Assembly: GCA_030704615.1 (NCBI GenBank)
Contig: CM060731.1
Coordinates: 76,942,001 to 77,006,000, forward strand
Direction of reading: 5' to 3'
DNA length: 64,000 nucleotides
Source of the DNA: Takakia lepidozioides
Taxonomy: Eukaryota > Plantae > Bryophyta
The notes beneath the pieces were generated by a model. That model searched no databases. It was not told the DNA's origin and saw nothing but the letters and a program-made list of their open reading frames with translations. Position 1 is the stretch's first letter; each line of letters begins with the position of its first letter. Of this stretch, positions 51,607-64,000 are shown piece by piece. Position numbers and translations under genes: made by a program.

Positions 51607-52677
51607 TCAGTGGAGCATCTTCCTCCCTCCGAGTGCAGAATGATCTCGATCTTGATTCGCAAGCTTCTCGTGAGCAGCATCACCTGCCGTGGATTCAAGC
51701 AAAGAACGTCGGCGACAATTGTTCCAGGCCAAAGTCCCGTCATTGTTCACGACATTGTTTTGTACGTCGTAGGAGGTATTATCACTGGTGCCATCTTCCT
51801 TCCTGCAAAGAGCAAAAACATAGAATTCCGATCCAATCAGGCCAGTTCCTTGTGAGGTGCATGAAGCCGCGAAGCCGGATCCCTGCACCAAGTTCCCGTT
51901 GTTGTTGCTTAGAAATGGATTGAGATCTAAACTAGAACTCACGCTCTGTCCATTCGTATTTGAGCAGGAGGCTGATAGGACGCTTCCCGAGAAAGTTGTT
52001 CCGGAGCAAGATGCAGCAAAACCACCACACTGTTTTGAACGCCACCACATACACACACATCCATGAATTAATCATCTGTATCTTCGTCCGCTGGAAAGTG
52101 GAAAAGTAAATGCACATTCATGCAAATTATGATGCATATTGGGGGCATATTTGTCATTCCAACATCACAAATCCAATCCACGAGTGGTGTGGGCGGTAAC
52201 GAGTCCGTCAAAATTTGAGGTACATCACCTCCTACAGCACCGTACTCTATATATCGATCACACCCAACTCCAAAAGCACCCACAATAAATGGGTAGGGTG
52301 ATTAATATCGAGGATCCACTACAAGACATGAAGATGAGTGCAAACCATGAGCATGGCTAGGAAACAATGTACTGATTCAGATCAACAGCTAGCTGCTGAA
52401 CAGCGAAAGAATCAATCTTGAGCACTGGACAATCATGAGCTCCTGGAGCATATTAGAACTTCACAGCTAGGATAAGCAAAAACAACAATTCCTAGTTCTT
52501 CAACTAGCTGCACTGATACTAGTCGAATAAGATCAACAACAAAACACATAGGGAGAACGTGACAATTTCCACACTGTTGCAAGCACTTACTGATGCTTGA
52601 GCTCCGTTGAGCATTGCCGACATAGAGAGAAGCCCCGCCATGGCTAGAACCGCCATTTTTTGCCATGAATTAGCCAT
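51607..52677 (-). CDS. Secreted cyanovirin-N homologue (CVNH) lectin, 2 exons (52677-52591, 52029-51607), 169 aa
   Basis: Signal-peptide exon MANSWQKMAVLAMAGLLSMSAMLNGAQAS|GTAAGT; phase-0 acceptor AAACAG|TGT; CVNH motifs FAASC, SSLDLNPFLSNNNGNL, DVQNNVVNNDGTLAW; possible TATA near 52905. Confidence 0.88.
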
Positions 52678-54389
52678 GATATCGATCTCGGCTAGGAGCT
52701 CACGTCGAGATTCACTAGAGACCGATGCTTGCAACTGTAGTATAGTAGCCCACTCACGAAGATGACCTTAGATCAGAATCTTACGGTGTCGCGATGGTGC
52801 CTGCAAAAAAGCTGCTACAATCCTCGGCAGTGTGGAGATGGGCAGTCCTGCAACGCTGATGAGTAGTGTGATTGACGATGCAATGTCCCTTCTCTCCCGT
52901 CTTTTTATATACTCGGGCTCGCGGGAATATACTCTACAGACTACGACTTTCTTACCCCACACTGGTCGGTCCTGACTGCTGAGTTGCCGGTGCATTAAGC
53001 TCCCTGGCCCTTCTATTATTGCTTATCGTACGTTTTGCAGTTACTATGGCTGACTAAAGAGCACTGATAACAAGTGACAAGGAGCATTTATGAGAGAGAG
53101 AGCACACGGGGTTTTGAACCCCAGACCCACAGGTCCATCTCAGGCTCCATCTCTCCACAGCAGGGAATCCTGAGGGCCCTGCCGGACTAAATAATTTTCT
53201 GGAAGAAGGGGTCCGACAAGCTTGTATCTCTGTAGTTCCGACGATGGTCACTATATTTAATTGAGTATAAACAGCTTTTCTGAACATGGCAAAAGTAAAA
53301 GTATGACGCCTCCCAAAGGGAGCGTAACTTCTGGTGTCACTTGACCAGGAAGGGCTACTGCCTTCCTGCAGGAAGGTGGACACCTACCATACGGTGGTTT
53401 GGACCCACAACCACATATCCAACGTGGTATGTGCCCATTACCACTGGGCTACATGCTAGTTGTCAAACATGGCAATAGCATGCGAGCAGGTATGTGTGAT
53501 ATCCAATTCACGGGAAGAACTTTAGTTCAAATTTTCCAGCAGTCTGTTTTTATTTTCTTAAAGAACAGGGGATAGTGGCCATGGGAACTTTAGTTTTTGG
53601 ATCTAATTATCATCGGACATCGCAGGCAAGTACGGTATACATATGAATGATAACATAGTCTTTACCTCGAGTGCAAGCCTAATAGGCTCCTCCAAGGCAC
53701 TCACCATAATCAATTATTCCTACCCACATAGTAAGCATTGGGACATTATTGTAGAAGAAACTTTTCAGAATAGAGTGAGAACATTGGTGGAATGTTTGAC
53801 ATGTTGTCAACGATCTGTCGAGGGTTGTAGATGATGTGTTGAGGGTTGGAGATGATAGTTGAGTACATGGGCATTTGGTATTCCATGGCCCTTACAAAGA
53901 ATTCCCTATAAGGCACAGCTTCCGGGAATGAGAATTCAAGATCCTGGGAAGAACAAAGGCAAAAATTTAGAAAATCTTTCCGGGGCGAGAGGAGGGAGAT
54001 GGAGGTGTGCGGTTTCCATCTTCCAAGCCTAGGTGTATGTAGAAATTTGACCAGATTTGAGTTGGTAGGGGCCCTAGGGAGAGACACGGTTTGCCTTAAA
54101 CTCGTTGAATAAGACTAGTCCTAGCCATTACGCCCCTTTTCCGCTTGTCAACTCTTCCCCCACCCCTCTGTGACATGGATGCCATAGATTGCTATCTGGT
54201 CTAGGTTCAAAACTAGGTTCAGAAAAAGTCGAAGTAAGAGTCTCCTTGAAAAGACAAAGCTGCAAAACATAATGGGGAGGTGAGACTAAGGGCATGTCTC
54301 AACACAATACACACCAATCCAAGCTTTGACACAGTGTAAGGTCCTTTGACCATATTTTCTCCGTTGACTTCAACGGAGAAAGTTTCTAC

Positions 54390-54883
54390 CAGTGTTGTTC
54401 TGGTATCAGTGTTAAGACATACCAGACTGGTCCTGGTACCAGACCTATCACAAAAAATTTATACCAGTCTGGTCTATATAATGGTGGATGTATAATTCTC
54501 TACATACTGGTATGAGTATGAGTATCATGACCACAATATCAGCTGGTACGAGATATCAATTCTGGTATCATTCCAAAGCCATCTTGAATTACAAGTTTAT
54601 CACTAGCAAGTATCAAGTGAAAACAAATACAACATAAATAAAGAAATAAATATACATAAGTACAAGTATGTAGGCATATATACACATAAATTAATATAAT
54701 ATACATACCAGAGTAAATGAGGATGATGGCGGGGAAGTATTGGTATGAAAAAACTGATACCAGCCTGGTCTGGTATATGACCCAGTATTCTCCCAAATGA
54801 AACCAGACTGGTCTGGTATCTAATACCAGTGCATATACCAGTATTTCATACCAGTCCTTCACCTATATACCAGACCAACACTG
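54390..54883. mobile_element. hAT-type MITE, family 1 copy a
   Basis: TIR CAGTGTTG...CAACACTG; 8 bp TSD GTTTCTAC/GTCTCTAC; internal ATACCAG/CTGGTAT motifs. Confidence 0.85.
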
Positions 54884-55209
54884 GTCTCTACATCGCATCA
54901 TGCATAGTTAATAGTTATACATAATAAGAAATTAGTTCTGCATAATCATGCATATATGATGTTATCTCTCGAATACATAGCCATACATTGCATGAGAACA
55001 CAGTATAAGTGGGATACATTCTCATAGATATACCTACATACAGTGTGATATGTTTCCATGCATGACATATTTCTTCCAAACTTGGCAGAAAAACATTGAA
55101 GTAATAATAATATCAAGCAAGTTTTCAAATATTATTCGACGTTATATAGTAATGAGTATTGACCCACACATGCATGACCATAAATTTCACATGTACTATG
55201 TATAAAGAT

Positions 55210-55844
55210 GGAAGATAATAGGAATAATGTAAGAACTTAATGCACACGTGGAAGCTCTGACAGAATGGTACACCGGTATCTGGCATGTCAAATCTTCCCC
55301 ACCCTCTCTTGAGAGTGACATGGAACTGAAGGAGTGTCAAGTCCAATGGGGGTTATACTGGGTTCCACGACGAGGTGTGTAACTCCACTTGGGGTTACAT
55401 CGGGTTACACAACGAGGTGTGTAACTCCACTCGGGGTTACACAGAATGGAGTGTAACTCCAGTCAGTGTAACCCACACTTGGTCTCGAAATTTGACTAAG
55501 TCTAAATGTGGCTAAGTATAAAATGGACTAACCAGAGTTACATGAGGAACCGGGGTTACAGAGGGTTACACTAATTGGAGGGTTAGATCGACCGGGGACA
55601 CACTACTTACAAGAGCTTACCATCAAGAATCGACCTCACCGCCTGCAAGCATGTCACCTTACCATCACGCTACCCACCACAACTTGCAACCCACTAGGAT
55701 TTGTAAGTATTTAATAGTGAAACCGAGGTAAGAAGGCGTGGGGATGATTTGACAGGGTCCCCGCCGGAAGCCGGAAGCCGGAATCCGGCAGAAGTACTGT
55801 CTAATCGCGTCCATTAAGTTCTTACATTATTCCTATTATCTTCC
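55210..55844. mobile_element. Mutator-type MITE
   Basis: 33 bp TIR GGAAGATAATAGGAATAATGTAAGAACTTAATG; 9 bp flanks TATAAAGAT/TATAAAGGT; internal GGGTTACA/TGTAAC repeats. Confidence 0.6.
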
Positions 55845-55915
55845 TATAAAGGTGGACATCCAAACTTGGTAATTTTTTAAATATTAATTGACGTTATATA
55901 ATAATCGGTGTCAAG

Positions 55916-56422
55916 CATCGTTGGACTGGTATCAAGTTTTTTACATACCATACTGGTCCCGGTACCAGACGCATCACAAAACTTTCATACCAGTCTCGTC
56001 TATATAATGGTGGATGTATTTTTTTCCACATACTAGTATAAATATGAGTATCATGACCACAATACCAGCTGGTATGAGATATCAACTCTGGTATCATTCC
56101 AAAGCCATCTTGAGTTACAAATGTGTCAAATGGCAAGTATCAAGTGAAAACAAATAAAATATACATAAAGAAATAAATATACTTAAGTACAAATATATAG
56201 GCAGATGTACACATAAATTACTTCAGTATACATACCAGAGTAAATTAGGAAGAAGGTGGGGGAGTACTGGTATTGTGGCTGGTATGAAAGAACTGATACC
56301 AGCCTGGTCTGGTATATGACCAAGTACTCTCCCAAATGATACCAGACTGGTCTGGTATCTAATACCAGTGCATATACCAGTATTATATACCAGTCCTTCA
56401 CCTATATACCAGTCCAACACTG
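55916..56422. mobile_element. hAT-type MITE, family 1 copy b
   Basis: Direct homologue of 54390-54883; perfect 8 bp TSD GTGTCAAG (55908-55915, 56423-56430). Confidence 0.88.
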
Positions 56423-58241
56423 GTGTCAAGCCGCACATGCATGACCATAAATCTCTCATGTATTTCCATGCATGTATGACTATATGAAGATGGAAGATCT
56501 TCAATGTGAAATAGCAAAACAAAACATTGTAGTGTTACGCTCCTATAAAATTTCAGTACTTCGATCATTCAAGTCGACCTAATCTGGTCTAACCACTAGG
56601 CTACCTACTACCAACCTCTTCTTGAAAATATATCAAATTCAATTTGACTACTACTGGAAAAGTGTACTTCAAATTGCGTGGGGCCTTTGTTGGTAAGAGA
56701 GAGACTTTGCATCGTGTTGAAGTCAACGGAGAAAATGTGGTCAAAGGACCTTACACCGTGTCAAGGCACCTATTGGCGTGTTGTGCTGAGTCATGCCCCT
56801 TACTCTCACCTTCCTCTTATGTTTAGCCAAAGCAAGAGAGCCAATCGCCGTTTTAGGCTTGTTTCTGGATCTCTCATACACGCTATGTAACTTAGGAGGT
56901 CTCAAAGAAGGTGGCACCAGATTAGGGGGGCCCGGATGGGTTGGCCGGTGCCTGCCACATAGTGGCGCATTCTATTATTTGACGTCCTGAGTTTGGTATA
57001 GGTACCTAAGTAGGTAAAGGTACCCCTGTCCGTACTTCATGTGTAGGAATAATTAATTGGGGATATGGTAGGAATGAAGAGTGCCTTTGCGGAGACTGAG
57101 TATATTGTCCTTTGGGGGTTGATGTACACTTGTAAAGTGGTGTGACAAAGAGTAGGGGGTGACATGTGTGGGGAAGTCTTCTAGAAGGCCGCATCACCTC
57201 TTGACTAGGTGGGGGCCCACCGCCGTGTGAGCGTATATAAAGGAAGAGAGCGCTCTCCTCCAGCTCCTATTTATTACTTAAGTGAAGAAAAAATAAAATG
57301 AAGACCCCGCCAAGATTTCTTAATTAGAAAGGATGGTACCTTATGTGGAGGGATTTTGTCGCCAGTTGAGGATGACACCTTCTGCGGCATAAGGTTGGTT
57401 CCAGTTCCTCCTCTCGATGAGAGGAAGCACCTCACGTCGTCGCCGGCGTAACGTTCATGCTCTTGTCCGATCCAGGAAATCGCAGCCATCAAAATGCGAA
57501 ATCCTTGTTGTTTCTTGACGAGTTGAGGCCCTTAGATGGAGAGTTCCTGAAACTCCGAGCCTAACGTACTCTGCTACCTACCTCATTTCGTGAAGGCCCG
57601 TCTTGGGGCCTCATCCTACAGTTTACTAAGTTAACAACTGCTTTAGTGGGCCTCCATGCTGCCCCCAGAAAAAGTTCATACATTAAAATCAATTAAAAAG
57701 GAGTGGACATCCAGAGGCTATTAGAATAAGGGGCCAGGTTTGAAGGGGGGTGTGAGTATTAGAGAGTGGTCCAGGAATTAAAAACCGGGTCATATAGCTA
57801 CACCACGACTTGAATTAGTAACCGTCATGTAGTGGGGGTAAGAAAAAAAAAAACATGAAACAGATAGCTATTAAATGGGGAGGGTTCAGGCTACAAAATT
57901 GGATAAGAAGGTGTGGCGTGCCTCTTTCTAGGACTCACCCATGTCACAAGGGCAACCTTCTAGAAGGGTCCCACCGCCCTCAGAGGGTATATAAACGAGA
58001 ATAAACGAGAGCCCCCTACCTGGTACTTACTAAGTTATCACTTACTAATTAATAAGTGGTGGGCTCTGCAGGCCCAAGGCCCCCAAGGAAAAAACATAAA
58101 CATGAACCATAGGCACATTAATTAATAGGGACAGCACAATAAGCTCAATAAGCCCCCCATATATGTGGCGCTGACCACCAACATTTAGCCGGCCATCATA
58201 AAGATGTCCACCTTCCGGTACTGCATGTTGGATGTAGTAAC

Positions 58242-59158
58242 CAGTGTTGTGCGGGTCCGGTTTTTGAAGGCGGGTACCTGGTGGGTTAGGATCCGGGTTA
58301 CCCGACCCGGACCCCGGGCTATCACAAAAAACCCGGACCCTGACCAGGGTTCATATTAGAAATGAACCCGGACCCGGACCCGCCTGCTGGGTCCAGAACC
58401 CGTTACACCTGCTACCCACGGGCCAATGTAGCGGGTCAGGGTCCGGGTTTTAATTTTAGATGGGGCATGCGAGTTCCACCTTAGATCTGGTAGGTTTTGT
58501 CATGTGTGTGGAGGGGACGAGCAGCAATAGGCCACTGCAGCAGCCAGCCCCACCACGCCCACCACGTTGTAGCCCAGTGGTAATGGCCACATACCACCTC
58601 AAAAGCGGTTGTGGGTTCAATCCATGGCGTGGTGTCACAAAGTTCTGCCCTATGGGACCATAATTTACACCTCCCAAAGGAGGCATCTTATATTATTATT
58701 AGGCCAGATCCCACACATCCATGCTATAGTGATCTATCCTTGAGGCATATTACTATTCTTAACATGTTTAAAGAATTGATATTGAAAAATAGAAAATGGA
58801 ACTCAAACTTCTATTTTAATTCTTGTGTTAAATGAGCAATACATATTCATGGTATATTTTGAAGGAATGTCTCTTTAAAAAAAATTCATTATTAGGATTT
58901 AAAGTTTTTTCCAGCCAAAAATAATTTTATCCCTAATTAATCTGATTTTTTTTTCTAATTTATTTAATCAATTAATTAGGACCCGGATCCGAACTTGTGA
59001 ATCCGCTAATATTTCCCAACAACTACCCGGACCCTAACCCGAGTCCGTGTTGACAAACCCGGACCCAAACCCGGATCCGGACCCGGACTTGGCTCCAAAA
59101 AAAAACCCGAACCCGGACCCGGCGGGTTCCTTAAAAAGGCAGAACCCGCACAACACTG
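58242..59158. mobile_element. Non-autonomous hAT element, family 2
   Basis: TIR CAGTGTTGTGCGGGT...ACCCGCACAACACTG; perfect TSD GTAGTAAC; ACCCGG subterminal repeats. Confidence 0.92.
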
Positions 59159-60384
59159 GTAGTAACCCCCTCGGCAGCCTACCCTTAAATCGTGGAACGC
59201 CCTTGGGCAGGGGCTTACCCTAAACATAAAGGTGTCCAACAGGGAAAAAGTTAGTAACCTTTGAAGTTAACTGACTCCGTAAGTTCCCCTTGCTTTGGTA
59301 TATATATGTATTGTCGGCACCATGTGGGTCAGGACAACGATTTGCATGCCCTGAAAAGTGGCGAGTAAATGTGGGCCATGCATGCCAAGGTTTTTTCTTT
59401 TGTTTTTTTTTCCCTTATCTGAATGTCACATTCACATCGGACATGTATAGAATCTTTCTTCCAACTTTCGCTGCCTGTAGATCAACTGTGATGGTGATTT
59501 TTCCCTTCTGGTAGTTCTATTAACGTGAACATTTTTTAGGGCTCCCCATGTAAGAGTGAGCTTTATAAATGTTACTTTTCATTGGAAGACTTTATAGCAA
59601 ACCAGTTAGCTCTTAATAATCCGAGCTTATATATGGGTAATATGCGGCTAAATGAAGTTACGAATCCCAAAGTAAACTAGAGAGAAAACTAAGCTGGGAC
59701 CATATGTTTATATAATATACATGACCTTAAACCCTATCGTAAATTGGTATAGTGCCAGCATCGAAATGAAGCATATACTCTTTTGTAGAAATAATTTCAA
59801 GCAAAAAATCACAATCGTATAGGACACCTAGTATAACCTGGGCTCTACACTCGTATGACGTTCCTCTCTCTTCCTTTGGCTTAGCTGGCCTCCAGCTATC
59901 TTTCTCTTGCCAACTACCCCACCAACCGCACGACAGCAAATAGCCTAGTGGGTGGGAGTTTGTGCCTTGCCTAAAGTGTCTGCGGGCTTTAAATGTCATT
60001 CTTCTTGCCGACCACCTCCCCCAACTCCCAATCTTCACCACCTCTACAGTCGGCCCTGCATATGTGTTAATCTTTGGGAGTAAGAAAAACTATAACACTT
60101 AAAGGATTGTAACACTTTAACAGATACAAATTTATTCCAAATGCTGATTCTAACAAGGCAAGTGTGACAGATGGATCACCACTCCATCCCTTCTAGCAAA
60201 GCATCAATTGTCTTGCAGCCGAAGCATCATGTGAAGGCAAGCTCCTTAGGAGATCGAAAAAAGCTAATTATTCTGAGCGTCGTTGGTTTATTGTTCTATA
60301 AACCAAAGGCTGTTGGATCTCAAAGGATTCTTGAACGATTCCCTTGGGCTCAGTCCCATACAACTTGGACAATGTTGTTGCTCA

Positions 60385-62388
60385 ATATAGAACAAATTGT
60401 CATAGCAGAAAATGAAACTAGAATACTTTATATGCTATTGAGCTTCTACTTCACTGCTGTAGCTAGCGTAGATGGTCGTCACGAGATAATAATAACGCAA
60501 AAAAATCTAAGTACATTAATGTACACCATCAGAGTTTTTGCATTTATCAAGAATTTTGTTGTCAAGATTAACGTCATAGCTAGAACTATCCGCTGGACGA
60601 GAAGCCAACAATCTACTAACCACATGTGAGATGTTGCTTTCATTACTCCCACTTATCGAACATTTCATGATCACTAAGCAGGCAATGGCATAACCCCCAT
60701 CATCTCTCTGATGATCGATCGCCCGAATTTCTCCCACAAAAGAGCCTTTGTAAATATGTCTGCAATTTGGTTGTCTGTGTTCACATATAGCATGTCTTAT
60801 CTTCTTCCTCTCTTGTTGCTCCTAAATGAAATGGTATTTCACATCTCTATATATGTTAGGTCATACGCTTATGGAATTCTGGATTGTGTATAAGGCGAAT
60901 GCAACTCTGATTGTCACAATGCAAGATGGTTGGGTTAGATTGCTCAAACCCGATATCAGTCAATAGCCTTCGTAGCCATATTGTCTCCTTCGATCCTGCA
61001 CAAGCGGCAACATACTCTGCCTCTATTGTTAGACCCAGCCGTGCATCCTTGATGTTGACTACTCCATGCCGCAAGTCCCTGATCCAGGATAAAAACATAG
61101 CCACTCCGTGATCTCCGATTATCTAGATCACCGGCAAAGTTGGCATCACAATACCCTTCGAGTTGTTCTCGCTGCTCGCTCCCCCCATAATAAAGCGCAT
61201 AATGATTGTCCACATTTGTTGCACTTTGTTCGTTTTATTTAACTCCTTGATGCACTCTGCTCTCTGCACTCTTGCATCATCAATTTCTCTTTTTTGCGTG
61301 TTAGAAAAAAATGCTTGATCTCCTTTTTCGTCAATGTTCCATCTCATCATTTAAAGAGCCTCGTTGTCAAGGTCTCAATAGTTTGACGGTCTTCCGAAAC
61401 ATTGTCTCATGCTGCAATTATATATCACAATCTAGGTGACAAATTGCAATATATAATCTTTGTGACAACTGCAACTCCATATGATGTTGTTTTACCAAGA
61501 TCATTCAATTGCCTTGCCATCGCTTCAACCTTACTGATATGAGTGACAATGGCGTGTCCCGACTCTAATTTGTACTCAAAGAATCTCTACTGCAAGATAT
61601 GTTGTTTTCAGCTGTGAGTAGTGAATAATGATGAATAGTGATGAGTCTTTGACCACATTTCATAAGCAGTCTTACAGTTTATAAGCCTCTCCAAATCTCA
61701 TCTGCAGCTGCGCATATAAACATTTTTGTGATGTTGTTATGACTGTTCCATTCTTTCATCACCTCTTTTGCCTCTGGTTGAGTTTTTGAACCATCTACCA
61801 ATCTAATAAGCTCATTTGCTTCAAATGCTATTTGCATCTGAAACTTCCATAGTTGAAAGTTTTCACCGTTAAATCTATTGATTTGAGTCAAGTCTTTTAT
61901 ATCTCCTCCCCTTTTCATACTCTCTGGACACTACCTTGCGTTGTCTAGATATGAATGTATGTTAACCTGTTTGTAGATATAGTGTGCGTAGCAAATTGCG
62001 ATAGACTTGGGCCCATAATCTATTAGAGAATCTTGTATATTGCAAGTAACGAGTTCATATACATCCACTCGACACACGTAGGATATTGACAGATTTGTGA
62101 GGATAACAAATTCAGATCTTACTCATATACAGATAAGACATTTATAATGATGCAGAATATAGAACAATTTTCGTAGCAGAAAATGAAACTAGAATACTCT
62201 GTCTGTTACTGAGCTTCTGCTAGCGTAGATGGTTGTCACAAGAGAATAATAACACAATCTTAGCACATTGTACACCCTCAGAGTCTCTACATTCATCAAG
62301 AATCTGTCCAAGAATGTCATAGCTAGAACTATGAGAAGCCAACAATTTATGGTCATCCACTAACCATTGTGAGATGTTGCTTCCATTA
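60385..62388 (-). mobile_element. Old, internally deleted Ty1/copia element (LTRs ~62021-62388 and partial ~60385-60645)
   Basis: gag INRFNGENFQLWKFQM; RNase H GYCDANFAGDLDNRRS, EAEYVAA, HCDNQSCI; PBS GATTATGGGCCCA (62008-62020 -); PPT AAGTGGGAG; diverged LTR pair. Confidence 0.85.
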
Positions 62389-64000
62389 ATCTGGTCCTGT
62401 GGCGTTCAACATATGGTTGAGGCTCTTTTGGTTTTTTTCTTGTTGAAAGAGATGTTGCAAAGCATCAACGCATCGAAACCCTGTGCGTAGGTAGCCAACA
62501 AAGTGAGAGAGACTTGGGATATGCCACTCTTTCATAGCTACCAAGGTCATATTTGCAGATGGATGTTAAAAACCTGTACCACCAAGTAACTTGGCTTGAT
62601 CCATCCAATTTCAGTCTTTGTGAACTGAAACATATCTTGGAAGTGAATATAACTTCCCGCATCTACCCCTCAAATGGATAAACAAGTGGTACCTGCCATG
62701 AAAGTGTGATATGGGCACAACTCTCCTCATAATATTTTCCCTTCCATAGATATTCATAGAAAAAATCTTTTCTATATTATCTTGAACTTCATCTCTTTCA
62801 TTTTTTTAAATAATAAAATACATGTAATAAACCAACCATTGTCACTCTTGAGTTACCCTTTACCATGGCTTTTTGTCCTTTCAATTAAAAAATAATAATC
62901 CTATGTTATTTGCACTCCATATTTAAAGAATGAATGTATTAGATATTAGTTACAATTCCCCTTTTAAATGCATTTTTCAGTTCACAGGGGATAGAGGCAT
63001 GTTGATCAAATTAAAAAGGAGAAAAAAACTCACTTTTTAACAACTCATTTCAGGTGGTTTAGTGTCAGCTCTTTCTATTGAGGTTTGTGATATGTCATTA
63101 GAAAGCCCCTTGCATTATCTATCTCTGGGCTGTTGAATCACAGCAACCCAAGATGATGTGGAAAGTGTATGACCCAAAACCTAATCCCCATGCGGTTTGC
63201 TTTCTTTTTTCATGGCAGTTTGAGTATGCTTCAGGTTCTGGCCTGTAGTTTAGTGTCGGGGCTCTGTTTGTGATATGTCATTAGAAATCTACTTGCCTTA
63301 TCTAGGTCTAATATGTTGAATCACATAAAGCGAAGGTGATATGAAAATTCTATGACCCACAACCTGGAGCCCCTTCAATTTGCTTTGTCTTCTCATGGCA
63401 GTTTAAGTATGCTTCACAATAATTTCCGGCATGTATTTTTCTGCCAATGCCTTCAATTGGGATTTAAGGTATGTCCTTAGAAAGCTACTTCATTATCTAT
63501 CTCTAGAACTCCACGTAACGATCTGGAATTTTTTCACGAACTTACTCAATGTTGTGTACACTTCCAGCCAGACTTACTGCCACTATCTCCTAACTGTACA
63601 CCAGCAATTGCAATCTGTTAGCTCACTGTTAGGGCCAGAGGATTAAAAAGCTTGCGAGACTGCCTCCACACTGACAGCGAGTGCTCTAGAGATGCCACTA
63701 CACAGCTAATCTACACCCATCATGTCTTTATCTGAATTCATGGATGTCTTTCCTGACCTAGTTTGCTATGTGAATGGCCACGGATACAGAATAGATGTCA
63801 CCAAATTCTTGTTCTAAAATAGTCTGGACGGGCTGAGTAATTCTAGTATACAGACGAACTTGAAAGGGAAGGAAGTACCTTCATGAGTATGGCATCACCC
63901 GAGCTTGCTGTTATCCAGTATAGTCTCATGCAGGTGCTGCCAAGAGTCCATGAAAATTTTGTCCTGGTTGAGTAAAAGCAGCGCTGCCAGCGACAACCCC

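Larger units (their letters stand above)
54262..56828. repeat. Diverged ~110 bp inverted repeat pair (54262-54374 / 56717-56828) enclosing several MITEs; possible old TIR element
   Basis: ttgacacagtgtaaggtcctttgaccatattttctccgttgacttcaac vs gttgaagtcaacggagaaaatgtggtcaaaggaccttacaccgtgtcaa. No TSD resolved. Confidence 0.6.

Noticed and set aside
53054-54087. Minus-strand ORF fragments upstream of CVNH
   Set aside because: No motif recognised; possibly a decayed repeat, left uncalled.
57100-58100. Two weakly similar TATA-containing segments (~57160-57285, ~57940-58040) as LTR remnants
   Set aside because: No termini or TSD could be established.
62400-64000. Possible decayed coding sequence and weak repeats at the window end
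   Set aside because: Stops in all frames and no recognisable family.

Overview
Repeat-rich eukaryotic DNA, most likely from a non-seed land plant. This is inferred from PLS-type PPR/DYW fragments, cyanovirin-N homologue (CVNH) genes, a NERD1-like fragment and Tcn1-like chromoviruses. The backbone is two local segmental duplications: 31-2207 copied in inverted orientation, and 4589-10221 copied in direct orientation. Transposons then inserted independently into each copy, so several empty target sites lie inside the window. Elements: a piggyBac; two copia; two nested Tcn1/Tf1-like Ty3 elements with self-priming signals; a 6.4 kb Pack-CACTA carrying PPR/DYW and other gene fragments; a chromovirus containing a 14.5 kb Mutator-like element (MULE); and three hAT MITEs. 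The only apparently intact host gene is a two-exon secreted CVNH lectin. The main discovery is the MULE cargo. Divergent from its DDE/SWIM transposase it carries an intron-containing gene with a ParB/Srx-like domain (VWDGNHR) and a prokaryote-type beta-class N6A/N4C DNA methyltransferase domain. It also holds 15 copies of a 28 bp palindrome restricted to its non-coding parts. The locus was later scrambled by a multi-breakpoint rearrangement. All protein-family calls are from motif recognition by eye; no searches were run.
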